From NCBI GenBank assembly GCA_043228905.1, contig JBHGNT010000005.1, forward strand, positions 682,001 through 746,000: a stretch of 64,000 bases of DNA, in the 5' to 3' direction. A program made the translations under genes and the position numbers. Under the pieces are notes generated by a model. The model was not told the DNA's origin. It did no database searches and saw only the letters and a list, made by a program, of their open reading frames with translations. The stretch is from Azolla caroliniana. Its lineage: Eukaryota; Plantae; Polypodiophyta. This document shows, piece after piece, positions 36,501-48,200 of the stretch; positions within the stretch are counted from its first letter, which is position 1, and every line of letters begins with the position of its first letter.

Positions 36501-38987
36501 TTGTCTACTTAAAATAATCTTCTCCTGATCTCTATATATCTTCTTATGAAGATCTGGTGGCTTCATACAAAACATGCAAATATTGATCAAGTTTCTAGCT
36601 TTTAGGCAATATTCGTTTCAAAACTAAATCAAAAACATATCAAAAACTTAAATAATTAAGAGCATTATAATACACATTCACCTCTAATAAAATAAACACA
36701 TCAGGTCGTATACCCTCAGCCTCAATAGCTTCAGCTTGAGATTCACTTCTCGGATAACCATCTAATAGCCACCCCTTCTCTTGTGCATCTGATTGACTTA
36801 ATCTGTCTTTTACCATCTAGCAAGAAATCCACATATCAAACCGAGAACAAAATGGATCAAATACTAGACAATCGTATTTCTACAGATAACTTCCAGATAT
36901 GTACCGAAAATGTAGCTTATAGGGTTTATTGATTGGTATATCTTTACCTTCACTAAAATCTCATTGGGAACTAAATCTCCTCTAGTCATGTACTCTTTGG
37001 CTAACTTCCCATTTTCAGTACCCGCAGCAATCTCAGCTCTAAGCAAATCTCCTGCTGATACATGGACAATATCATGCTGCAAACAAGCTAGAATCCATCA
37101 TTGAATTAAGATATCCTCAAATTTCATATAGGTATAACTTATAAGATATGTTGTCATATGAAAATCTAATAGTATTAAGTTTTAACATTAATAATATTTA
37201 TGTGAATAAAAATTATACCAATGCAAAAAAAGATTTAGGTTTCATAAATGTCTTACAATGACATCACTTTAAGTGCTTATTCACCAACAAAAACCTACAA
37301 TTAAGTTTTGCAATGAGCATAAACAAAGGATCTTGTTACTTATCCAACTATTAACATAATGCATAATGATGCAATATTGGCTTTAGGTTCCTTACCTGTG
37401 CACACACCGAGTATTGTCATTACTCATCCAAATAAAGGTACAATTAAGGTTAAGCATAACCATGCAAAAAACAGCTATTAGGTACGTGACACGTTTTACA
37501 ATGACATAATAAAATGGTCTCATTACTAATCCAACAAGCAAACATAAATGCAGATGATGTAATAAACAGCTTTTGGGATCCTTACACATATTGCTATGGG
37601 ATAAAAAAGAGCGTCGTTGTGAATGTCTACAAATTCAAGATAAAACATAGTCTGAAGCAAAAAATGGCTTTAGGTTCCTTTCAGGTTTTCCAGTGGCCAT
37701 AACACGATGCTTTCATTAGTCATCCGTGAATCTACATATTGCTGTGAGGTAAGAATGAAAGTCATTGAGATGTCTACAATTTCGAGGTAAAGCATAGTCT
37801 GATGCAAAAAATGGCTTTAGGTTCCTTTCAGATTTTCCAATAACCATATCATGATGCTTTTATTAGTCATCCATGAGTCTACAATTTAAGGTAAAGTATG
37901 ACATATGATAATGAGCATACATGATGCCCTCATTATTCAATCGCAAAAAGCATAACATGCAACCACTTCTTCCTCAGCTATGAATGTACAATTTTATAAC
38001 GTGGATAGAATGGATTTTAAGTTCCTTACATTTTTTATAATAAACATAACATGACACTCTCATCCATGAATTCATAGCTTAAGGTAACCATCACATATAA
38101 ACATTCATCCAAACATGATACTCTCATTCATTAATGTACGATTTAATTAAATGTAGAGAAATGTTTGGGTTGCTTACATGTTTTACAATGAGCTCACACT
38201 GAGTGCCTTTTCCGGATGCAGGTGCTCCTGATATCATCACTTTCAATGGCTTTTTCCGTGAAGAAAGCTCTACAGATATCTGCGCAAACAAGTCTTGAAA
38301 TTTAACCATAGTTCTGGCTATTTAGATTTTAATCTGAGAATTTGGCCTTAATTCGTAGTATTGTAGGATTATAAGAGAGAAAATCTCCCAAAAAAACTGC
38401 AGAAAGAGAGTCAAAAGATTCTTTCGTTATCAAGAAAACTCAGCGGAAACAAAAGCCGTCATCATTCTAGAAATTCAGCGAACATTATTCATCCATCTAG
38501 CCTGAATGGAAGCTTCAAGGGAAGAGGATCGGAATGGCTTTTTCTTCTGAAGATAGACAAGCTCAAATCCAATTCATTCTTAAATTCGGGATGTTTCATC
38601 CTTGAACTAAGAATTGGTCCTTGTTTTTTTAGACATATACTTATGGCAGAAATTTAGACAAACTTCTAGACACTGATCCTAATATAATTCATATTTTTCC
38701 TAAAACTTCAGCCTTTCTCTGTAAGTTTAATCCGAAAAACAGCAGAAATTACCGGAAGAAGCACTTACCACACGAGAATAAGATCGTTTGGAGTCCGTCG
38801 ATGCGTTGGAAGAAGGATTTCTAACGGAGATGGAGGTTGAGAAGATATTAGAAGATGACGAAGAAAGGGAGGCGGAAAGATTAGTAGAAAAACGATGAGG
38901 TGAAATCTGCAAAGAAGAAGATTGATAGGTCTGGTGATGAGGTTGTTGGAAGAAGGAAAAAGGAAGCGACGTGTGGGGAATAGCCAT
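33159..38987 (-). CDS. ADK: Plastid adenylate kinase (AMK2-like), about 306 aa, 7 exons
   Basis: Exons 38987-38769, 38279-38178, 37076-36948, 36816-36682, 36068-35922, 35815-35741, 33272-33159, all phase 0. Ser-rich transit peptide. P-loop ISGAPASGKGTQC, then HVSAGDLLRAEI, GWLLDGYPR, GRRLDPVTGKIYH, QRFDDT and VNGNRPKEEVF. Confidence 0.95.
33430..33646 (+). mobile_element. Two stacked LINE-derived 3'-end fragments in ADK intron 6 (33430-33536 plus (CT)n; 33582-33646 plus (ATCT)n)
   Basis: 33585-33625 (GGTCATATTTGACCTCCGAAGATGATAATATAATCTATCT) is nearly identical to the 3' end of the LINE at 7208-7255 (minus strand). 33480-33530 resembles the fragments at 55815, 59705 and 61505. Confidence 0.65.
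34575..34923. mobile_element. hAT-type MITE (family 2) in ADK intron 6
   Basis: 8-bp TSD CCTCCAAG/CCTCCAAT. Starts CACAGTTGTTTAAAAACGTGTA, has internal (G)TATTCTAC repeats, and is homologous to 59365-59677. Confidence 0.75.
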
Positions 38988-39074
38988 GGAAGATTAGAAA
39001 GTGGTAAGTAAGCTTCGCTTCACTGGTCTGTATTGACGTAAGGAATGGAGTGTGGCTTTCGGTTTTATACAGAG

Positions 39075-39138
<64 letters not shown>

Positions 39139-40850
39139 ATAAAAAAACATGGCTTACATTGCATTGAATATGTAAAGAAGAAGACGAAGAAGAAGAAATA
39201 AGAGCCTTACAGAAAATTGGATTAATGATAAAAATAAGGAATGGGTGAGTTGGGTTTTAGCGGGGATATGATAGGGAAGTGAGGGGCGAATCATCATCAT
39301 CATTTGCGATATCAATCATCCAAAGGAATAAGTGTCGTCTAATCCCAATCTGTTTTACTACATATTATTAGCATCTGTTGTTTTACCATCGGCTCTTCCC
39401 CAATGAAACCCTCATCTCAACAATCTCATGATAGAGAAGAAGAACTATGCCGTCGAAGTATATTCCCATATTACAAATACAACAAAGAAAGAAACTCTAG
39501 AATGAGACAAGACCTTTGCATTACTACTAAGGCTCAGTTTATGGGATGGAAGAGGGGGTTCTGGGACTTGGCACTAGTGATAAGGCTTTGACTTGCATCG
39601 AGACTTTTCGGGGTGGACCAATCATAATCGTCAAGGTGTGCATGCGAAAATTAGAGTTGTCTAGTCCACAATTTCTGGTTTTCAGCTTCAACAATCCATT
39701 GTTTTAATAACCTACTTTGAAAATGACTTACAAAATAAATAAAAACAATGACTTCATACTTCATGGCGCTTCTAGAAGAAACTCTTAGAAGTTACTTATT
39801 AAGGCTTGACTTGATATTGAACATATGGGGTGGACCAATCATCTACGAGCTTTGCACACAAGCATGAGAGTTGTCTAGTCCATGGTTTGTCAATTTGTAG
39901 CATTTGCAATTTGTTTGAATCCATACTACATAGGCCCAAACACATGAAATGTCAATAATTTCACTTTTGTCCTACATTTTACTAATTAATCAACTATTTC
40001 TCATACTACCATATGATTTCGATCTACGTTCGCATCTAAAAAACATTTTTCTTTTTTATTGTCATTCTGGCAATATATTTCTCCGGCACGAAGAGGCCAA
40101 TGAATCTAGGTGCTTGTCAAAGGGTGTTTATACTTGTAATGCCTGCATTTATCGTGCCAACTTCATTCATGTTCTCTCACTTTCTCTCTTAATCAAGAAT
40201 CATCAACATCCCTTAAGTGATTCTATTTGTCTTGTATGTAAAATAAGAACCATTAGGAACATAATCTCTCTTTCTCTCTTCATCAAGAGTTACCTACGTC
40301 CCTAAAAGCGATTCTATTTGTCTTGTATGCAAAGTAAGGCATTAGTAACCTAATTTCGAAAAAACTCAATACATGAAGTTCAGTACTATATAGAATAAAC
40401 CATTTCATCAACCAATCAATGTAGATCTTGGACTCGAACTAATCTAAAGATATAGAATATTACGAGAGCAACGAGTGGTGAGTGGTGTATGAAATATTGA
40501 GAACATTTTAATTACTTATAGGCAAAAATTAGAGCTTCTGCACTTGAAAGTAACCAAAAGACATTGGCTCTTAAACTTTTCGATGTACATTATTTATATT
40601 TACCATTGGATTGCTCTTTCTCCCTAGTTAGATACCCAACTTACCCTTAAATTTCAATTTTCTTTTTTACATTGGTTGATATTTTAACTTCGTGTTCACA
40701 AAGATTTTAATGTCTCACCGTTCCCTCATGAATCCACATCACCATGCATCAATTCTAAGTATAAATTTGTGATTTGTCACAAAAAGCTCGACTGTATAAT
40801 TTTCAGCTCTCATACATGTGGTAAGAATTTTTAAGAAACAATCTTGGTTC

Positions 40851-41717
40851 TCAATATTGATACAACGCAAATGCAACTCCAACACCAAATATTTCATCAT
40901 TTGAGAAAGTTTCTTCAGCATAATCATCAGTTTTTGGATCCCAAAAGCATCGACAAGAGATGTTCAAACCTTGGCCACGCTTCTCACCTATTGCTGCTTG
41001 CACCACAATTTTGTACCTTTCATATTCCATTTCTGTACAAAGACATCCATTTTGACAAGCAGTTTATGTGAATGCCCGCAACTATATGCATACGTAGATT
41101 ACATTATATTACATGCATGCATATGTGTGTTTTCTCCTCACATTGAGTGCTGCCATCAATAACATAATTGATTCTGAAAAACGTAGATATGTAGAAATTT
41201 TATATATACCAAACACTTTTTGCTCATGGAGGTATGGTTACCTTTTAGCCTATTCCTAATGGTATCAACAATCTCCCTGACCCATCCAGATGCAACTTCA
41301 CCGTCATAAACTACACCACAGAGCTTCTCATGCAGTGTTGTCTTTATGATTTCTCTCGCTTTACCAGCTAGAAAGAACCTTTTCGGTGCATAAACTAAAT
41401 CACTTTGAATCACTATCTGCACAATGGCTCTAACTGATGATGCATACGTATGTATAAATATAATGTACACATATTATATCTATAACTCATTATATATCAA
41501 AGAACTTGGCACACGAGTGAATGAGCACATTGCATCTAGATTTGGTTCCTTTATCAAATGAATGTGTATTATTGTGTGAAATTTTAAAACCAGTTAGTCG
41601 ACAGTTTATTTGAAGGACGAGGAGGAGGATTTCAAGACATACCTGTGTGCTTTTCTTTTCTTCTTGTGTTTCACATAGTGTGTCAATGTCCACCTTTTCC
41701 AATGGTTTATTATCCAT
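40851..41717 (-). CDS. TCTEX1D2: Tctex1-domain dynein light chain (TCTEX1D2/Tctex2b-like), about 143 aa, 3 coding exons
   Basis: Exons 41717-41643, 41416-41242, 41032-40851. The spliced product reads ...LHEKLCGVVYD...IRNRLKEMEYERYKIVVQAAIGEKRGQGLNISCRCFWDPKTDDYAEETFSNDEIFGVGVAFALYQY*, the Tctex-1 family signature. The ORF track lacks exon 3 in this frame. A probable untranslated exon ends at the donor AAG|GTATTT ~42752. Confidence 0.88.
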
Positions 41718-42794
41718 GGAGTGACTCTTTTTTTCGAATGAATACCAAGATCAGACCCTACAATTATCATGATTTCTCTTTATCACTATATGCACAAAAC
41801 ACACAAGTAAGGAACACGAAACAAACCCACGAGTGTTGTCAATTATGTTGAGATAAAATCGGCATGATGGCTTACTAAAGTTTGGGCATACAATATGGTT
41901 AATCGTTTCTTGTAAGAATTAGGATTTTATTTTATTGGCCAATAGATTTGCATGACCATTGCAAATAGCTTGTGTTCTATGAGCAAGAAAGATAGACAGT
42001 TTATACAGATATCATGTCTAGAGGTAGCGTGAAAATCAAAACCGTCACTCACATCAATATCATGCATTTCTCTCTATATTTAGTATACAATTGCTGCAAA
42101 GAAAATCCACGAGCCATGTGTAGGATGGCTGGAATCACATTACTAGAGTCAAAGATCAATCATCCTATATAGTTTCTAATATTCTATACAAGAAAACATG
42201 CATTTCCTTTCCTTGTGTTATTGGAGCAAAAGTTGTAATGAGTGGAAATGCAAAAGAATAATCTGAGCACCATCAAATATTGCTCCAAAATGGAAAGAAC
42301 AAACACCACAAATGGAACACCAATTAATCAAAATGTGACGGAGGGAAACACTCACGGAGAGAGAGAGAGAGAGGTGTAAAGAAACGAATTGCCAGTATTT
42401 CTTTAAAAATAAACACAGACAATTGAGAGAGGGCGCGTGTTCTTTCGGTCTCATGGCTCGTATGGACATAAACACACACACAAAAACGTACATACATACA
42501 CAAAGAACACACATAACATATAGAGATGCAAATGCAATACACAGATATACATATACAGACAACATATATACGCAATACACGTACAATACACACACACACA
42601 TATATATAGATGCAAATTTCCGCCTTCGATGTAATCAGATGCAGGATCTGATTTAGAGTCAAAATTAGAGTCATGTATGCATAAATGAACGAGACACGAG
42701 AAGACGGCGCGCTGAAAGAGACACAGGGGGAGAGATTGCGGGCGTAAATACCTTCACGGTTTCTTCTCTGCGTGAGTGTAAGGAAGCTTTACAA

Positions 42795-42833
<39 letters not shown>

Positions 42834-44293
42834 AACTGTACAATGGGGGGGGGGGGGGGGTCGTTTCACACGCAGGCGGATGACCAAGTTATCAATGAAA
42901 CATATCTATAGTATGTCGATCTGCATATCTTCTCTCTCTCTTTTATTAAGTTATCAATAAAACATATATAATATGTGGACTCATATACATATCTTTTATC
43001 ACTCTCTCTCTCTCTCTTCTTTCTTATTGTAATTCCATCTAAACACTTTGTGTGTGTGTGTGTGTGTGTGTGTCATGCATATTCCCCGCCCCCGGTTCTC
43101 AACAGAAAGCTGGAAATCTCAATCAACCCCTTGCCAAACATTTGCCCAACCAAATACCCTTTCAATGCATCTCGTGATTGATTGCGGGTGGAGCCAATGA
43201 ATATGTACCCTCTATGCTAACGTCAAGATCATCCAACATGCGTTAAGTCACACTACTGCATGTTGGATGATCTTCTTGCCAAACCAATGAGTCTTCCTGA
43301 GCATACTTCTCTCTTTCCTCAATGCAAATTGAATATGTGCCTTTGCTTGTATGTTAATAATGATCGACCCCTCCAATGTGTGATGTGCCACAAAACCAAT
43401 TGGCTAAAACCAGCTTCTTCTTGGACATTAATGGTGGGTATAGCCTTTTACTATTTCTGTTTGATTGATGACTCTTGGACAAAAGATACTTCTGACCCAT
43501 TTATTTATTCTCTCGTAAAACCAATGAACATGCACCACATATGCTAAATAAAGACAATTTGTGATGTGCTAGAAAACCTATTGGTGGAAAGGAGCTTTGT
43601 TGCTTACAATGGTGAGTGACCCAACACCCCAAAACAAATCAACAAATGATCAATCTCTAAAGTTGCATAACATTGGGCTTGAAACCAATAAAGTTTTGAA
43701 AGTTTTTGTTGTTAGCCAATATGTGAATCAAGTCAAGTTGCATGAATTTGGACTCTTGGTTCATTGGCACTATAATGTTCTTCTGGGAAGTTTACATGGT
43801 ACACACCTTTGGCTTCACCATTCACGTTTAGTCATGTTTGGTGCGCCAAAAACACACAAAAGTCATGACATTGAACATTCTCCAATGTATCAAAACACAT
43901 GGTTCTCAAGATTATTGCGGACTTGTTCAAATATGAACTCGTTGTTAAGCATAAAAGTTCCCACAATATAAAGATGGATTTATATTAACTCAAAGTTCCC
44001 TTTAGCAACTTGTTCCTTTGATATATCAAATTTTGTTCCTTGAAAGGGAGAACCCACTTCAAAACCAAGCTGCCACACAGAATTTGGTGATCTTCTTCAT
44101 AGGGAATGGGCTAAACGTATATCATAGCATAAAGAAAGATGTAACCAATCCATAGTTTATATATCATGTGCTGATAATAATGATTATGGAAATTAAAATA
44201 AGCATTTCACTTCCATGTACAAGCAAAATCTTAAGAACATAATCATTGAATCGTGTTATTATTATTGATTTGGACGATATGCAAAATCACAGC

Positions 44294-44366
44294 CGATCAC
44301 GGTGGGACTCGAACCCACAATCTCCCGCTCCGGAGGCGAGCGCCTTATCCATTAGGCCACGCGACC
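44294..44366 (-). tRNA. trnR-CCG: tRNA-Arg, anticodon CCG
   Basis: 73 nt: GGTCGCGTGGCCTAATGGATAAGGCGCTCGCCTCCGGAGCGGGAGATTGTGGGTTCGAGTCCCACCGTGATCG. Full cloverleaf, A box TGGCCTAATGG, B box GGTTCGAGTCC, TTTT terminator about 8 nt downstream, TATA-rich upstream. Confidence 0.97.
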
Positions 44367-45264
44367 AGTTATATAACAACTAACTTATATATATTTATAT
44401 AACAGTATGTAATCTAGTCCTCTCTATAGAATTTTAATACATATTATAAAATCATCATTGTAACTCCCATGTAACCTAACATGATATCAATGTAGGATAG
44501 AGCCCTTATTCACCAATTTCTTTATACAATTTCACGAGTAAGACAAAAGAGCTACCAAATTTTTTCTATGACAATCTCTTTTTAGCCTTTCTCAACATTG
44601 AGTTACAATCACTTGTCATTGATATACATAAGAACTGCTTAACTTACTTTCCACTATAAAATTTTAGAATAATTGTGCCCATTGTATGCATCTATATATA
44701 TGTTAAACCTTACTAAGCAAAAAAGCCATTGAATGAGTTCCATGTTGAAATCTTGAATAGAAGAGAAAAACATGCATAAACGTTGCCTCACTTTATAAAT
44801 AAAAAATTATTGGCTGAGCTTTCCAGGCTTGTCATTTCAAACGGACTTTTTATTCATTCATTTGATTTCATTATTTAATTTCATCTAGTATAGATGTTTG
44901 CTTTTCTCATCTCCCAATGTAATACCCATACAACAAAGCTCTCAACAAATGTCTTTAAACTTCTTTACTTGATTGCTTAAGATCTCTAAACCTCTCTGCT
45001 CAATTGCAGATGGATTGAACTATTTTAACATTACATGAATTGCCAGTGGCAAAACTTTAGACTAGAGCATGGAGTGATGATGTCTACAAATATTGGCTGC
45101 TTGAATGAGTTGTAAATTTGAATGCAGCCTTTTCAAAGTTGGTAGTGAGTTTTCCATATACTAGTAGAAAATCGGAGCCGTGTTTGTTTCTATACACAAC
45201 TAAAACCATCCGCGCAGGCTCTGCTTTTTGCTTGATTCTTCCAAAAGCCTTGCCCACATAATAA

Positions 45265-48200
45265 TTAAAAAAAATCGAACTCTCCATTTGCCTGTCAAAA
45301 ATCCGTACAATGTATTTACGTTATACTAATGCATAAAATGCCCATAACTTCCATGGAAATTTAACTAGAATATACTAGCCGTAAGTTTACAATTATTACT
45401 AGAATTTGCCAACATCAACCCCTTCTCTGTTAATAATTAAATTTTACTTCAACACAAGGTATTCTGTTAATCCTTGAAAACTTAGGGGTATTCTGTTAAA
45501 TACTTAAAACCAAGAGTATTTTAGTGTCTTCTTTCAGTGTTATTCCTTGTCTTCACAAAATGGGCAAATCAGTAGGGAAAAAACAGAGCTTTGGCATACC
45601 TTGGAAAACAAGAAATCTTTGTTATTCAGGCACATGATTCCATCCTTCAAAATGCACTTCCATTTTCCTTTCACCTTTGTTACCTAGAGCCCAAATGAAA
45701 ATAATCATATTACATAAAAAGTACATAGAATTCTGAACAAAAAATATTCAAGGTTCTTGTAACCTAGAGCCCACATGTAAACAATCATATTAGATAAAGA
45801 ATCACACAGAATTCTGAGAAAAAAATAGTCAAGGTTTTGTGAGACCACTAAATAACCACCTTTTCAAATTGGGCCAAAACTAAATCATCCGTTTTTGATG
45901 CCCCTTCTCCATCACCAAAATCATCCACTTCATCATCATCATCATCTTCATTCAAAGGAGGTTCAGAATCATCAGATTCACCATCGCCTTCTCCCTTTGC
46001 AGCCTTTATCCCCCCATCATCATCATCATGAGCATCTCCCGAATCTATACGACAGTAGTACAAAATTTTGTAAACTTCATTTTTCTATCATACAAAATCC
46101 CCACTAGTTTATGGTCCACCTCACATCATAAATGTTACCTTCATCAGCAGGTAAGTTGTAATCCTCTTCCGTAACATTCTTTTACCATTAAAAAGAACCA
46201 AGAATCAGAGCAAAACTCAAGTGTTTTTGGTAGATTTAACATCATATATACTTTATCATATTAAACGCTTACATTATCATAATTATCGTTTATACCATCA
46301 AGTTGCGAAATCATTATTGAATTTCTGCCTAGAAGCATGCTTGCTACAGCATCATCAGCATGCTTTCTCTTCTCATTTTTGTCTTGTGTTCTCTTTGTTC
46401 AATCAACACAAGCTCTTACTTAGAATGCATATATATAGACCACATTAAGAAATAATCCATATACCACCTTAAAACTAGACTTTACCGAAAGCAATGAGCC
46501 TGGGCTGTCAACATCTCCAGCACCATCCGTTTGAGGAAAAGTTGCTTGAAAATCCCTTTTCCTCTTATTGACAGAAGAAATACCCATATAATCCTGCTCA
46601 AAAGAAAAATAAACAAAAACATGATACAATGTAAACTTTTTTCGTAGCTCTAGAGAGTAAGATCAATATACAATATACATACAACATGATTCTTACCTTT
46701 GTCTCAGGTAAGGCTTGTGAAGGATAGGCAAATCCATCATCCCTGTTCTCCACATAAGCTAATGCACACAAGTCAAGAAAGTTTGCTTTTTTAAAGCATA
46801 CAGCACTTATGAATTCAATTAAAAGATAATGATCAGGGATATTTTCAACTAACCAACATTCATATCAATCAAGGGTGATTCCTGAGGAGACATAAATGGC
46901 CCAGGCTGCAAAGAAAACAAAAAGAATAGGGTATTACCATCAGCTTGTATTACCTTTTTCAATTAGATATAGTCATTTGTGGGATTTCCTAAGGTATGGA
47001 TGTGCTATATTATGTGTATATTAGAAATTGGAATGATCAGAACTGAATACAATAAACAAAAATATAATGCACAACCAAGATGCAACTAAAACAAAATACA
47101 TCATATTTAGCTGCCACATAAATCTTCAAAACATACATTAGGCCCCTTCAAGCACTAGATCTAATTTAAATATAGGTGAGTAATGAAAAGTATCCAAAAC
47201 CATAAAAACGTAACCTACGATAGATAAGCTATGGATCTCATTGATTTCATGATATAAAAGATGTTCATTCTCAATGAAAATTGGTTAATTGTGAAGGCTG
47301 AAGCAGGATGTGAGAAAAGTACTAGGTGTACAGATAAAAGATCATCAAACATTAACTTGTTCAGAATGGAAATTATGTTGCTCTGATTTATGAACAGCCC
47401 TCTGTTATACCAGAATAAGATTTAACAGTTTTTCAGCCCATGTTAACTTCCTGATGCACTAAGCAAAAATGTTCAAATCTCGGATGAAGAACAGGTCGAT
47501 TTGCCTAATGAATCATATAAATAAGCACACAGCATGATACCAAAATTCAAGTATGTCTTATAAACAGTTGTAAAGGATGGTAAATATCGGGGTATGTGCA
47601 TGTTTATTCAGGTAATACATACCATAAAGAGTGAAGGTCTTCCAGCTCCATCTTCTGTTATTCGTCTGGGATCATATTGACCATAATTTCCCTGATCTTC
47701 TGGGGTGCTATAGTATGGAGTAGATATAGGTGGTGTTTGTCCAGGTCCAGGAGTGGACACCATTCCTGGTTTAGGAGTGTATGGCATCTGGAAAATGAGC
47801 ATGAAGATCAGTTAAACTGCACATAATCATCTCCATATATATTACATAGAAGTCGAAATACAACCATTTAGGAACACAAATAATTTTTCAATCAATGGTA
47901 TGACACTTACATTGGATGCAGCTATTATGAACACATTATGAATAAGACCTTTTAGAAGAATTTGTAAATTGACGGTATGCTCACTTAAATGGATGCAATT
48001 ATTTTGAATAAATTATCCTATAGATCCTTCAGGAACACAAAGAATCTGTAATCAGCAGTATGAATCGATTGAACTGAATGCAATCACTCCAAATATATTA
48101 CTAAAAGACCATTTTGGTGTCCAAAACATCTGTGAGCCAATTAATTGTGTTAATTTGAATTAGATGTAATTATTCCAAAATAAATTATCAATAAGGTCTT

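Noticed and set aside
43200-44100. ORFs of 95 and 124 aa upstream of Tctex
   Set aside because: No domain signature. The composition suggests a decayed retroelement, but I cannot assign it.
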